DNA from: Anaerolineales bacterium
GTDB taxonomy: Bacteria > Chloroflexota > Anaerolineae > Anaerolineales > UBA11579
Assembly (NCBI GenBank): GCA_016932165.1
Contig: JAFGDK010000029.1
Span: forward strand, 9,249-73,248
DNA length: 64,000 nt
Direction: 5' to 3'
Part shown: one piece after another, positions 39,599 through 50,021 of the stretch
Layout: each line of letters begins with the position of its first letter
Numbering within the stretch: position 1 is the first letter of the stretch
Translations under genes and position numbers: made by a program
The notes under the pieces: generated by a model
What the model was told of the DNA's origin: nothing
Databases searched by the model: none
What the model saw: the letters and a program-made list of their open reading frames with translations, nothing else

Positions 39599-39627
39599 AT
39601 TATCATTAGAAAAAGTTGAATTGTTAA
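39599..39627 (-). promoter_or_regulatory. Sigma70-type promoter upstream of the hsp20 pair
   Basis: Minus strand TTAACA-N17-GATAAT. Confidence 0.5.
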
Positions 39628-39776
39628 AGTAGTGCATAGATAAAGATTATTTTCTAAATAGAAATATAAGCGGGTTTTGTTAGAATAAGATATGAGGAAA
39701 ATTAAGCAAACATAAAAAATTTAATACAAACAGATCAGGATTGGCAAAAACCCTTCCATAAAATTAGTGTCAGTTG

Positions 39777-40979
39777 CTATCCCTGTCCTGCTGATTTCTG
39801 TCCACCATCCACCTTGATGATCAGCACCGGGAGGAGCGAGAAGATTGAGATCACACCGCTGAGCATGAAGGTTGTCCGCAAACCCCAGGCGTCCCCCGCT
39901 GCACCGAGCAGCACCAGCACCAGCGAACGCACCAGGAAATTAATTGTCATATAAAGCCCATTGGCTACCGCCCGGTTATCTGGGACGGCATCCTGCACGA
40001 TGGCCAGCAATACCGGTGCAGGAGCCAGTGAGAAAAATCCTAACAGCAGCAGCACCGGGATGACTGCCCAACCGGTAACCTGTAAAAAGACAAACAAAAA
40101 GCCTGTTGAAAGGATCAGAGAGACCAGCAATACAGGTTTGCGGCCGAACCTATCGCTGACCGAGCCCGAGATCAGTGCGCCAGCTACCCCGGCTGCTTCC
40201 AAAACCGAAAGCGAGATACCCGCAAAGGCCAGGGTGGCGCCCTCAAAATTCAAGAAAGTTGGCAGATATGTAGTGATGCTACCGGTGAGGAATGCGCGGG
40301 TAAAAGTAAGGAGCACAATCGGGAGGAATAAACTGCGCAGTTTGGGGATTTCTGCTTTAAGATTTCCATTCTTGAAGCGGTAATCCGCGCTGGATACATA
40401 TCGGAAGCGCCAGAAAAGGATCAGCGAAGCCCCCCACCCCAGAGCGATCAAGCGGTAAATCCCCTCAAGCCCCCAGGCTGATACGCCTGCCACCGCCACC
40501 AACGGTCCGACTGTGCGCCCCAGTTCGCCGCCGGCCATATACATACTCATTCCCAGGCCAACGCGTTTGCCTGCCACGCGGGCGATCATCGCCGGTGTGG
40601 GCGCGTGGAAAGCGGCTACGCTGAACCCAATCAGCACGAACAGGAATACCAGCATCCCATAACTTGGGGTCAGTCCCATCAAACCGATCAAAGAAGCTGT
40701 TGCCGCGGGGGCAAAGATTACAAAATAACGCAGACTGAGTTTATCGGCCAGGTAGCCGATGAAGGGGTTTAATACCGCTGGAAGCTGCATAAAGGCATTC
40801 AATGCCCCGGCCATGGTCAATGAAAGCGAAAGTTTTTCAATCACCAGAGGCAGCAGGGGCGCGACAAAAGCGGTGAAAGTATCGTGGATAAAATGCCCGC
40901 TGGCAATCGTGATCACAGGAACGGTCTGGAACTCTTCTTTTAGTTCAGTTTGTGCGATGGCCTGTTCAGTGGTTGACAT
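39777..40979 (-). CDS. MFS transporter (Fsr-like)
   Basis: GHFIHD, GYLADK, AAFHAP and GSVSDRFGRK motifs; about 12 TM segments. Confidence 0.9.
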   Translation of the reverse strand: MSTTEQAIAQTELKEEFQTVPVITIASGHFIHDTFTAFVAPLLPLVIEKLSLSLTMAGALNAFMQLPAVLNPFIGYLADKLSLRYFVIFAPAATASLIGLMGLTPSYGMLVFLFVLIGFSVAAFHAPTPAMIARVAGKRVGLGMSMYMAGGELGRTVGPLVAVAGVSAWGLEGIYRLIALGWGASLILFWRFRYVSSADYRFKNGNLKAEIPKLRSLFLPIVLLTFTRAFLTGSITTYLPTFLNFEGATLAFAGISLSVLEAAGVAGALISGSVSDRFGRKPVLLVSLILSTGFLFVFLQVTGWAVIPVLLLLGFFSLAPAPVLLAIVQDAVPDNRAVANGLYMTINFLVRSLVLVLLGAAGDAWGLRTTFMLSGVISIFSLLPVLIIKVDGGQKSAGQG

Positions 40980-41350
40980 GATAACCCTCGTTTATACATT
41001 GCGATATCAGGAACTAATCTTACCACCGAAAAAGCCGCGATTTTATGCCTGAATCACATAAGAACAGCAGATAGACCAGACTGAGAGTGGTTGGTCATCC
41101 AAGGGTATGGAGCAGAGCGCTTCAGCCGCCACAACTCATCGCAAGGGCAAAAAGATGCAAATTTTGTGATTGCGTGCCCAAAACCGGCCAGTACCACCAG
41201 CGGGTTTCTATAAAACGCCAGATCCAGTGATTAACGACCCCGCTCTTCGTAATCCAACCCAATAAACCAAACTCAAAGTTAAAGTATAATTAGCTGTCAT
41301 CAGACCAACATCCTGGTGATCTTATTAATAGTATTTATCTAAACAATCTT

Positions 41351-42490
41351 ATGTCTAATGATTCATATCCCCGCTTTAAAACGATCAAATCGTACGAAGC
41401 TTACCGAAAAAAACAAATCCTGAATGTTTCTCTGGGCATTTCCGGATTGGCGGTCATCCCTATGGGGTTGAGCAACATTTCACGTGGAAATATCGAGTCG
41501 GCGATCTCCTTGTTCATCGTTTCATTCATCAGCCTGGTGGCATTATTTTTAAACAGCAAGGACCGCTTTTACCTGTCGTCTGGGCTTTTCTTCTTTTTTG
41601 CGTATTTAGTCATTTTCTTCAACTGCGCTGACAGCAACGGCCTGCGCGATGAAGGCCTAATTGCGCTGCCAATCATTACTGTGATGGCTGGCCTTTTGTA
41701 CGGCAAAATCACTTCCATTTTCCTCACCTCGGTTTCTATCCTGGGAATCTGGGGATTTTATCATCTCACCAATCACGGCTTGCTCGCTCCTGACATGGTC
41801 ACCGACCGGTCAACACCGGTGATCCTCTCCCTGATCCTGGTAATCATGGGCGCCCTGCAGTACGTGGTGATGCAATACTGGGAATCCAATATTCAATGGC
41901 TGCAGAGATCTGAAAGACAGGTGCGGGAGGCTTATGAGAAAACGATTGAAAGTTGGGCCAGAGCGCTTGAGCAGCGTGATCGGGAGACCGAAGGCCACAG
42001 CCGGCGGGTGGTAGAACTCAGTCTGAGGGTTGCCCAAGAACTTGAGATCAACGACAAAGAGGAGATAAATGCAATTCGACAGGGAGCACTGCTGCATGAT
42101 ATTGGCAAGATGGCAATTCCCGATCATATTCTGCTAAAGTCAGGACCTTTGGACGAGGATGAGTGGGAGATCGTCAAACAACATCCTGAGCTGGCATTAC
42201 AGATGCTGGAACATCTGCCGTTATCACCCAAAGTGATTGAAATTGTCATGTACCATCATGAACAATGGGATGGAAAGGGATATCCAGAAGGTTTGGTGGG
42301 AGAACAAATTCCTCTTTTTGCCCGAATGTTCACAATCATTGATCAGTGGGATGCACTGCGGTCAGACAGACCTTATCGCAAAGCCTGGAATAAGGCAGAA
42401 GCAATCCGTTACCTGGAGGAAAACAGCGGCACCATCTTTGATCCCGGTCTGGTTCCTGCTTTCTTGAATCTGCTCCAAAAGAACCAATAG
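41351..42490 (+). CDS. Membrane-bound HD-GYP c-di-GMP phosphodiesterase
   Basis: N-terminal TM bundle; ETEGHSRRV, LHDIGK, HHEQWDGKGYP and DRPYR motifs. Confidence 0.92.
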   Translation: MSNDSYPRFKTIKSYEAYRKKQILNVSLGISGLAVIPMGLSNISRGNIESAISLFIVSFISLVALFLNSKDRFYLSSGLFFFFAYLVIFFNCADSNGLRDEGLIALPIITVMAGLLYGKITSIFLTSVSILGIWGFYHLTNHGLLAPDMVTDRSTPVILSLILVIMGALQYVVMQYWESNIQWLQRSERQVREAYEKTIESWARALEQRDRETEGHSRRVVELSLRVAQELEINDKEEINAIRQGALLHDIGKMAIPDHILLKSGPLDEDEWEIVKQHPELALQMLEHLPLSPKVIEIVMYHHEQWDGKGYPEGLVGEQIPLFARMFTIIDQWDALRSDRPYRKAWNKAEAIRYLEENSGTIFDPGLVPAFLNLLQKNQ

Positions 42491-42630
42491 CCTATTGAAA
42501 TCTTCCTCAAGATCCCTGTTCAGAAACTCTGATTTTGATCTCACGGGTATGATAAGATTACGCCAGGCTAAGGCAAACAGTAAGGCCTTATGTTTTGACG
42601 ATTGGAAACTTGAATTCTATTCAGAACAAG

Positions 42631-43215
42631 ATGAAACTTAATCCTAAGCTCACCAATGCAGAAACGCTAAAACTTCTATTGGTGTGCGCCTTACCAGTCC
42701 ATTTCTGGGCAATCATCAGCCTGATATATGATCTATCGTGGTACCTGCGGAAGCGGAATTTACTTTACTTCCTGGGTGTCTCTGGATACAGTCTTGGATT
42801 CGCCATACTGGAGAGCCTGGTATTTTTTGGGTTCATCTATCTGCTTACTTTTTTATTTCCCAAAACCTGGAAAAAAAGCTCCCACATGGCTGTTGCCAGC
42901 ACACTGGCGCTGGTGATCGCCTTTTGGGCGATTGTCAACCAGGCGTATTTGTTGCTCACAGAGATCAGTCCAGCCTGGTTTGAGTGGATCATGCTGCGAG
43001 TGTATTACCGCCAACACCAGCTGTACCCAATTTTTTGGATCTTATTGCTAGCCTCAGCCATCTTCCCAATTGTGCTGCTGCCGCGCTGGGAAAGAGGTCA
43101 AAACGCAGCCATCGCCTTGACAGAAAAACTTACCGTCCTGGTGCCAATCTATTTGCTTTTCGATCTGATCGGGATTGGGGCAGCTATCTACCGAGTGATC
43201 ACTTACTGGATATAA
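42631..43215 (+). CDS. Hypothetical membrane protein with about 5 TM helices
   Basis: Alternating hydrophobic segments; ends 5 nt before the sulfatase-like gene. Confidence 0.75.
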   Translation: MKLNPKLTNAETLKLLLVCALPVHFWAIISLIYDLSWYLRKRNLLYFLGVSGYSLGFAILESLVFFGFIYLLTFLFPKTWKKSSHMAVASTLALVIAFWAIVNQAYLLLTEISPAWFEWIMLRVYYRQHQLYPIFWILLLASAIFPIVLLPRWERGQNAAIALTEKLTVLVPIYLLFDLIGIGAAIYRVITYWI

Positions 43216-43220
43216 CCGTT

Positions 43221-44753
43221 ATGGAATCCTTAAATCTCTCCCGCCGTGATTTTCTAAAACTGGCCGCATTAGCCTCCTTTAGTTCTATCGTCCCCATCCA
43301 GATGATCCGGCAATCTCAGAAACCAAACATTATCATGGTTGTTTTTGATGCCTGGAGTGCTAAAAATATTGGGTTTCTCGGTTATCCACGGCAAACCATG
43401 CCTAAGCTGGCCAAACTGGCAGACAAAGCCATTGTATATCACAACCACTACGCCGCGGGACCATGGACAATTCCCGGCACCTCCAGCCTGCTGACCGGCA
43501 CCTATCCCTGGACGCACCACTGCATAAGTCAGGAAGTGGTTCAACTGGTTAATCCGAAAAACAACCTGTTCCGGTTGATGAAGGATGCCGGATATGCATC
43601 GGTGGCCGCCACTCACAATATGTACGCCGATATGATCCTCTCACAATCTGACCACTGGTTGGCGAGGCACCCTCACTTCACAGAGATGTTCTTGCCCACC
43701 CGCTTCCCCTTCACCCGATTATTCAGAAAGGATATTGAGGTCACCGGGTTGGCACAGAGGATGGCGATGTGGAACACAGACAGGAGATATCACAGCTCGA
43801 TCTTCCTGGGTGAATTCTTCAAACAAATCATTCAGGTTAACCTGGATCAGATCAACCAGACATACAAGGACCAATTCCCGCGCGGTGTACCTCAGATTCC
43901 AGTGCTGGATATGCCCTTCCTGCTGGAGGATGGCATAGATCATTTACTGAAAACATCTACCTCTTTTGCTCAACCTCAATTGAGCTACTATCATTATTAC
44001 CCCCCACACAAACCCTACCTGACCAGGGCCGAATTTTATAACGTTTTCAGCGATGATGGGATCACATTCCCTGAGAAGCCGCGGTCTCACATCACCGAGG
44101 AGCAAACCTATGAACAGGAAAGCCTATTCAGGCAGCATTATGATGAAACCCTATTGTATGTCGATTCTGAATTCAACCGCTTGTACCAGGATCTTAAAAA
44201 TTCAGGTCAACTGGAGAACACCTGGCTGATACTGACCTCTGATCACGGAGAGTTGTTTGAACGCGGCAACATTGGGCATGAAATTCCGATGGGATATGAA
44301 GCCCTGGTGAAAGTGCCGCTGTTGATCTTCCCTCCCGGGCAGCAAACCCGCGTGGATATCTACACCACAACAAGTGCGGTTGATGTACTGCCCACCTTGC
44401 TGGATCTAGCCGGGCAGCCAATCCCTCAATGGGTTGAAGGCATCAGTTTACCCCCTTTCAGCGAGGTGGATAACACCACAGACCGGGCCGTGTATTCAGT
44501 TCACGGCTGGCTGTCAGATGCAAAAAGCCGGTTCTCACAAGGCGTTGTGACCATGGTTAAAAACGGCATGAAATTAATCTTTACGTTCCGAGATGACCGT
44601 CTGAGCGGCAGCGACCATGTTCTTGAACTGTACGACCTGGCTGCCGACCCGGAGGAACTGGATAACCTCTACACCAAATCTCACCCGGCTGCCCAACAGA
44701 TGCTGGCAGAGATGCAGGCGGAGATTGACCGCGCCGACCAGCCATTCCGATAA
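43221..44753 (+). CDS. Tat-exported sulfatase-like hydrolase/transferase with Thr at the nucleophile position
   Basis: SRRDFLK Tat motif; PNIIMVVFDA, WTIPGTSSLLTG, PPHKPY, TSDHGE and ELYDLAADPEE motifs. Confidence 0.88.
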   Translation: MESLNLSRRDFLKLAALASFSSIVPIQMIRQSQKPNIIMVVFDAWSAKNIGFLGYPRQTMPKLAKLADKAIVYHNHYAAGPWTIPGTSSLLTGTYPWTHHCISQEVVQLVNPKNNLFRLMKDAGYASVAATHNMYADMILSQSDHWLARHPHFTEMFLPTRFPFTRLFRKDIEVTGLAQRMAMWNTDRRYHSSIFLGEFFKQIIQVNLDQINQTYKDQFPRGVPQIPVLDMPFLLEDGIDHLLKTSTSFAQPQLSYYHYYPPHKPYLTRAEFYNVFSDDGITFPEKPRSHITEEQTYEQESLFRQHYDETLLYVDSEFNRLYQDLKNSGQLENTWLILTSDHGELFERGNIGHEIPMGYEALVKVPLLIFPPGQQTRVDIYTTTSAVDVLPTLLDLAGQPIPQWVEGISLPPFSEVDNTTDRAVYSVHGWLSDAKSRFSQGVVTMVKNGMKLIFTFRDDRLSGSDHVLELYDLAADPEELDNLYTKSHPAAQQMLAEMQAEIDRADQPFR

Positions 44754-44759
44754 ACCCTG

Positions 44760-45665
44760 ATGAATTCCCCGCAGAAGATTGAACGCCCGGCAAAAAACCT
44801 GCTGGCCGACCTCGGACTGGTGTATGCCAGCGCCATTTGGGGCAGCACCTTCATCATGGTCAAAAGCAGCCTGGCCGCCCTGGATCCGGTGGCGCTGGTG
44901 GCTTACCGGTTCTTATTTGCCGCGTTGTTGATGGGAGTCTACCTGGCATGGAGGCGAAAACCGCTATTCAGTAATTTTATTCCTGGCTTGGTATTGGGTA
45001 TCGTGCTGCTCTTCCTTTATATTCCGCAGACAATCGGCCTAAAATATACGACGGCAGCAAATTCGGGGTTCATTACCGGGTTATTTGTCGCCTTTGTCCC
45101 GCCGCTTTCCATACTGATTCCTAAAGAGAAGCCTCGCTTAGCTCAATGGATTGCGGTATCGGTCTCGCTGGTGGGTCTATGGCTGGTCACCGGGGGTGTG
45201 AAGGCGGTCAATATTGGAGACCTGATCACCCTGGCAGCTGCCTTCACCTACACCCTGCATATCATGCTGACTGACCGATACGCCCAGGGAATGGAAGATA
45301 ACCAACAATTTGTATTCCAACAGTTTCTGGTGGTGGGGGTATTTTCCCTGCTGGCGGCGGTTTTGCTTGATCTACCGCTGACCATTCCTGACTTGAATTC
45401 AGCGGGTGTGATCCTGTTCCTGGGACTGTTCCCCACTCTTTCTGCCTATCTAATTCAGATCAAAGCCCAAGCGATCTCATCACCGCTCAAAGTTGCGCTG
45501 ATTTTTGCTTTGGAGCCTGTCTTTGCAGCCATTTTTGCATGGACACTAGGTGGAGAGACTTTCCATCCCCTCAATGCCCTGGGAGGCCTGTTGATTTTCG
45601 CGGCGGTGATCATCAGCACTGTTCGATCGCCAGCCGGCAAGAATCAACCTGCCGGTCAAGCATAG
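44760..45665 (+). CDS. EamA/DMT family transporter
   Basis: IWGSTF, YRF, GLKYTTA and LEPVFA motifs; about 10 TM segments. Confidence 0.92.
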   Translation: MNSPQKIERPAKNLLADLGLVYASAIWGSTFIMVKSSLAALDPVALVAYRFLFAALLMGVYLAWRRKPLFSNFIPGLVLGIVLLFLYIPQTIGLKYTTAANSGFITGLFVAFVPPLSILIPKEKPRLAQWIAVSVSLVGLWLVTGGVKAVNIGDLITLAAAFTYTLHIMLTDRYAQGMEDNQQFVFQQFLVVGVFSLLAAVLLDLPLTIPDLNSAGVILFLGLFPTLSAYLIQIKAQAISSPLKVALIFALEPVFAAIFAWTLGGETFHPLNALGGLLIFAAVIISTVRSPAGKNQPAGQA

Positions 45666-45838
45666 CGAAAATTATCGATCAAATCTGCACATTTAAGCTC
45701 CCCAAACTGGGATTTATGTGGCATAATGCACCACACTGGAGAGAAAGATACCTGAGTTGCCGTACCACCACGGATTGAACTTTTTTGTTTTGTGACGGTG
45801 GACGTCAACTTATTTTTTAACTAAAATAGAAGGTGAAT

Positions 45839-46807
45839 ATGAAAATCACAAGAAAAACAACCCTCCCTGCCCTCCTGATCAGCATTTTGCTGATTCTAAG
45901 CCTGAGTGCCTGCGGTGGGGGTTCGGAAAATGAGCAGGATGAGAATCTGGCTGTGACCCAGGTGGTTGAAACAGCAATGGCTGCCATTACCCAAACTGCT
46001 GCGGCTCAATCTCCCACGCCAAACAACACCCCGACATTTACACCCGCCCCTTCAAGCACACCCACTGCTACCAGCGGACCTACCCCAACTGTGCCGGCAA
46101 TCCCCACCCAGACCAGTGTTTTTCAACAGCCATCTTCTGAAACCTCCACTTGTGATATTGGCGGCTTTATCAGTGATGTCACCATCCCGGATGGGACCCA
46201 GATAGCAATCGGAAGCACTTTTACCAAGACCTGGAAGATCGAGAATATCGGCACCTGCACCTGGAACAAAAATTACCAAATTGTCTTCAACGGCGGCACT
46301 CAAATGGCGGACGACGTGGCCTACCGCTTCACGGACGAAGATATTGAACCAGGTGAAACCGTGGAGGTCTCTATCGATATGACTGCCCCGGGTACCGCGG
46401 GCACATATACCAGCTACTGGGTCTTCAAGAACGATGTTGGGCAAATCTTTTATGTAGATGGCGGCTCGATCTATGTAGAGATCGCGGTTGGAATCACACC
46501 CACCCCAACCGCGACGCTTCAGCCTAATGACCCGCCCACCATCGTGATCAACACCCCGGCAGATGAGGCAATATTTACCACTGGAGATACAATTACCTTT
46601 TCCGGTACAGCCGAGGACCCGGAGGATGGCGACCTTTCCAACTCGATAGAATGGCGCTCCGATATAGACGGGCTGTTGGGCACTGCTGCCAGCCTTAACT
46701 TTGAGCTCAGCGAAGGCGAACACACGATCACGGCAACGGTGAAGGATACCAGAGGCGCTACCGTCAAAGCCACCATCACTGTTTACGTTGAGGCGCCTTC
46801 ACCCTAA
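45839..46807 (+). CDS. Lipoprotein with an NBR1-Ig-like (FW) domain and a PKD/Ig-like domain
   Basis: Lipobox LSAC; Pro/Thr linker; DVTIPDGT...FTKTWKIENIGTCTW; AEDPEDGDLS...W.SD. Confidence 0.85.
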   Translation: MKITRKTTLPALLISILLILSLSACGGGSENEQDENLAVTQVVETAMAAITQTAAAQSPTPNNTPTFTPAPSSTPTATSGPTPTVPAIPTQTSVFQQPSSETSTCDIGGFISDVTIPDGTQIAIGSTFTKTWKIENIGTCTWNKNYQIVFNGGTQMADDVAYRFTDEDIEPGETVEVSIDMTAPGTAGTYTSYWVFKNDVGQIFYVDGGSIYVEIAVGITPTPTATLQPNDPPTIVINTPADEAIFTTGDTITFSGTAEDPEDGDLSNSIEWRSDIDGLLGTAASLNFELSEGEHTITATVKDTRGATVKATITVYVEAPSP

Positions 46808-46834
46808 CCGCCGTTAAAACCTGCGACTACAGAA

Positions 46835-46865
46835 AACAGGCGTGGAAGAATTTTCCACGCCTGTT
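46835..46865. terminator. Bidirectional terminator
   Basis: AACAGGCGTGGAA-N5-TTCCACGCCTGTT between convergent genes. Confidence 0.75.
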
Positions 46866-46888
46866 GCTTTTTGGTAAGACCGGCTAAG

Positions 46889-47932
46889 TTATTTCTCCAA
46901 CCGTTCCTTCATAGCTGCGGTCAGCGGCGGCAAAATCTTATAAAGGTCACCCACCACGCCGAAGCGGGCATATTTGAAGATCGGAGCTTCCGGATCTTTA
47001 TTGATCGCCACAATCACCTTGCTGGAGCGCATCCCGGCGAGGTGCTGGATTGCACCCGAAATGCCGCAAGCGATATACAGGTCTGGAGAGACCACCTTTC
47101 CAGTCTGCCCAACCTGATGCACATAGGGCACATAGCCGGCATCGACTGCCGCGCGGCTGGCGCCTACCGCACCATCCAGCACGCTGGCCAGATCGTTGAT
47201 CAGGATAAACCCCTGCTGGGCTTTCCAGATTTCCTTTTCACTCTCGTCGGTGATCTCAGCCGGCGGCTCTGCAGAATTATTGGAAGTGCCGCGCCCGCCA
47301 GACACGATTACTGAAGCATCCGTCAGACTGACACCGCCTTCTGCCGCCTGATAACCGGTCACTTTGAGTTTAATCTCGTCTTCCGCCATTACAGTAGGTA
47401 ATTTGGTGACCGTACCGGTACGCCCAGCATCGGGGACCGGCTTTTCAAAGGCTCTCCCCCGCAGGGTCACCAATTGCGGTTTGGCATTACACACTACTTC
47501 TGAAAGCAGCTTACCGGCATAGACCGGACGGATGGCAGTGACCTTATCGCCATCCAATTTGATCTCGGTGACATCCACCAGCACGCCAGTATTCAGGTCA
47601 ATGGCGGCCATCCCGGCAACCTCCCGCCCACGGGTAGTTGTGGGGAACAGGAAGATATCTAGTTTATTCTCACCCACCGCACCTGCCAGGGCAGCTGCAT
47701 ATGGGCTGGCACGGTAATCTTCCAGGCTGGGATCATCCACCAGGAGAACCTCGTCGGCGCCATATTCAATCGCTGCCTTGGCCAGCGCGTCCAGGTGACT
47801 GCCGATCACCAGAACGGTAAGGCCTGAGCCAAGTTGATCAGCCAGTTTGCGGCCAGTGAATACCACCTCCCAGGAAGCCAGCAGCGCCTGGCTCTTGAAT
47901 TGATCTACATAAGCCCACACTCTGTTAGCCAT
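46889..47932 (-). CDS. etfA: Electron transfer flavoprotein alpha subunit
   Basis: [27 protein letters not shown] and INKD motifs. Confidence 0.95.
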   Translation of the reverse strand: MANRVWAYVDQFKSQALLASWEVVFTGRKLADQLGSGLTVLVIGSHLDALAKAAIEYGADEVLLVDDPSLEDYRASPYAAALAGAVGENKLDIFLFPTTTRGREVAGMAAIDLNTGVLVDVTEIKLDGDKVTAIRPVYAGKLLSEVVCNAKPQLVTLRGRAFEKPVPDAGRTGTVTKLPTVMAEDEIKLKVTGYQAAEGGVSLTDASVIVSGGRGTSNNSAEPPAEITDESEKEIWKAQQGFILINDLASVLDGAVGASRAAVDAGYVPYVHQVGQTGKVVSPDLYIACGISGAIQHLAGMRSSKVIVAINKDPEAPIFKYARFGVVGDLYKILPPLTAAMKERLEK

Positions 47933-48705
47933 CACAGCACCTTCTCTTCCATGATCTTGTCAGCCAATTTGGCAGCAATCTCTTCCGGGTTGCTGCCCTC
48001 GATAATCTCATTGGTGACTTCGCGTTCCGGCGGGGCCATCACATTTGGCCAGGTAACCACTGCAGAAGGCAGATCGATCCCGGTGTCTGCCACAGTCCAT
48101 TCCGGTACTGACGCTCTGGCGGCCTTGCGGATCCCCATGAAGGAGGGATAACGCGGCTCGCCGTAATCCTTAACAATGCTGAGGACCACCGGCAGCTCAG
48201 CTGCCACCTGCTGGCGGCCTTCCTCCATCGCCCGTGATGCTTTGATCTCGCTTTGGGTACATTCAACGATCTCAGAGACCAGGGTCACAGCCGGCCAGCC
48301 AAGCAAACGGGCTACCATCGATGGGGTAGCGCCGACATCGCTGTCGATGGCTTGCTTGCCAAAGACGACAATATCGGCACCGCCAATCTTTTGGATTGCG
48401 GCTGCTAAAACCCGGGCAACAGCCTGGGTATCAGCGCCAGCCATGGCCGGATCATTGACCAGGATGGCTTCACTGCATCCCATCGCCAGGGCGTGTTTGA
48501 TCGCCTCTTTGGCGTTTTCATCACCCAGCGAGAGGGCAATCACATCCCCACCCTGTGCCTCTGTCAGACGAAGCGCAGCTTCTACGGCATACTCGTCCCA
48601 GGGATTGATCACCAGGGGGGCATCTCCCCAGGAGATTTTGCCATCTTCCACCGACATGGCGGCAGCGGAATCCGGCACCTGCTTGACACATACGATGATC
48701 TTCAA
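47932..48705 (-). CDS. etfB: Electron transfer flavoprotein beta subunit
   Basis: CVKQVPD, INPWDEYAVE, GKQAID and PRYPS motifs; TTG start with AAGGAGG SD. Confidence 0.95.
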   Translation of the reverse strand: MKIIVCVKQVPDSAAAMSVEDGKISWGDAPLVINPWDEYAVEAALRLTEAQGGDVIALSLGDENAKEAIKHALAMGCSEAILVNDPAMAGADTQAVARVLAAAIQKIGGADIVVFGKQAIDSDVGATPSMVARLLGWPAVTLVSEIVECTQSEIKASRAMEEGRQQVAAELPVVLSIVKDYGEPRYPSFMGIRKAARASVPEWTVADTGIDLPSAVVTWPNVMAPPEREVTNEIIEGSNPEEIAAKLADKIMEEKVL

Positions 48706-48806
48706 GTTTTCCTCCTTATCAAATAGTGAGTGATCAAGGGTCCATCCAACTACTGCCAGCTCTTCAGAATGACAGACGCGTTACCAGCAGCAGCCAATCA
48801 CGAATA

Positions 48807-50021
48807 TTAAACCTCATCCTGCCAGAAATCCGGGTCATAAGCGGGAAGCTCACAGCGCAGTGGGCGGTCCTTGCGATAGCCAAGCGCATAATCGGCCTGA
48901 AGCAAGGTATGTACTTCACTGCTGCCTTCGTAGATCACCGCGCCTTTGGAATTGCGCAGGAAGCGCTCCACTGGGTATTCATCACTGAAACCATAGGCAC
49001 CATGTACCTGGATTGCCTCCGAGGCCGCCTTGAAGGAAGCGTCTGTGGCAAACCATTTGGCCATCGAAGTCTCCATAGTGTTGCGCAACCCCTGATTCTT
49101 CATCCACCCGGCCCGCAGGATCAGCATCCGCGCCATATCATAATCCCGCTTCATGATGCCAATCTTTTGCTTGATCAATTGAAAATTACCAATCGGGCGG
49201 CCAAAAGCTTCCCGTTCGTTGGCATATTTCACGCTGGCATCCAAGCATGCCCGGATCAAACCTGTCGCCCCGGCGCCAACCGTGTAACGCCCGTTATCGA
49301 GACAGCTCATGGCGATTTTGAACCCTTCGCCTTCCTCACCTATCCGGTTCTCTTCGGGAATGCGCACATCCTGCATCGCAACCCAGCCAGTCGAACCTGC
49401 GCGGACACCCAGCTTGCCGTGAATATCGCCAACTGTCACCCCATCCCGGTCAGTCTCGACCATAAAGGCAGTTAACCCGTTGGATTTCTTCTCCAGGCTA
49501 AAATCTGTTCGAGCCACAACCAAGACATTGTGGGCTTTTGTTGCCAGGGAGATCCACATCTTCTCACCGTTGAGAATGTAGTCACGGCCGTCCTTCACCG
49601 CTGTACTGGTCAGATTTGCCACATCCGACCCGGCTCCCGGTTCAGTCAGGCCAAAAGCGCCATATTTTTCACCTTTGGCCTGCGGCACAAGGAAGCGCTG
49701 CTTCTGATCTTCCGTCCCCCACTGCAACAACCCCATACTGTTTAGTCCCATGTGAACAGACATGACTACCCGCAAGGTTGAATCTGCATATTCCAATTCT
49801 TCACAAACCAGGCCTAATGTAATGTAGTCAAAACCCTGGCCCCCATACCGGACGGGGATGTTGATCCCCAGAATACCCAATTCTCCCATTCTGGGCAAAA
49901 TGTGAGGAGCCATTTCCTGTTTTCTGTCCCACTCCCCGATCGTCGGAATCACCTCCTTGTGGGTGAAATCCCGCACCATCTTCTGTACCATTCGATGTTC
50001 TTCAGTAAGGTTAAAGTCCAT
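48807..50021 (-). CDS. Acyl-CoA dehydrogenase
   Basis: FGLTEPGAGSD, LNGEKMWIS, QVHGAYG and IYEGSSE motifs. Confidence 0.95.
   Translation of the reverse strand: MDFNLTEEHRMVQKMVRDFTHKEVIPTIGEWDRKQEMAPHILPRMGELGILGINIPVRYGGQGFDYITLGLVCEELEYADSTLRVVMSVHMGLNSMGLLQWGTEDQKQRFLVPQAKGEKYGAFGLTEPGAGSDVANLTSTAVKDGRDYILNGEKMWISLATKAHNVLVVARTDFSLEKKSNGLTAFMVETDRDGVTVGDIHGKLGVRAGSTGWVAMQDVRIPEENRIGEEGEGFKIAMSCLDNGRYTVGAGATGLIRACLDASVKYANEREAFGRPIGNFQLIKQKIGIMKRDYDMARMLILRAGWMKNQGLRNTMETSMAKWFATDASFKAASEAIQVHGAYGFSDEYPVERFLRNSKGAVIYEGSSEVHTLLQADYALGYRKDRPLRCELPAYDPDFWQDEV

Noticed and set aside
40980-41350. c-di-GMP riboswitch upstream of the HD-GYP gene
   Set aside because: GGGCAAA is present, but the GEMM P2/P3 stems and GNRA-receptor pattern could not be built.
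42984-43220. N-terminal 79-aa extension of the sulfatase ORF
   Set aside because: It overlaps the upstream membrane gene, and the Tat signal fixes the start at 43221.
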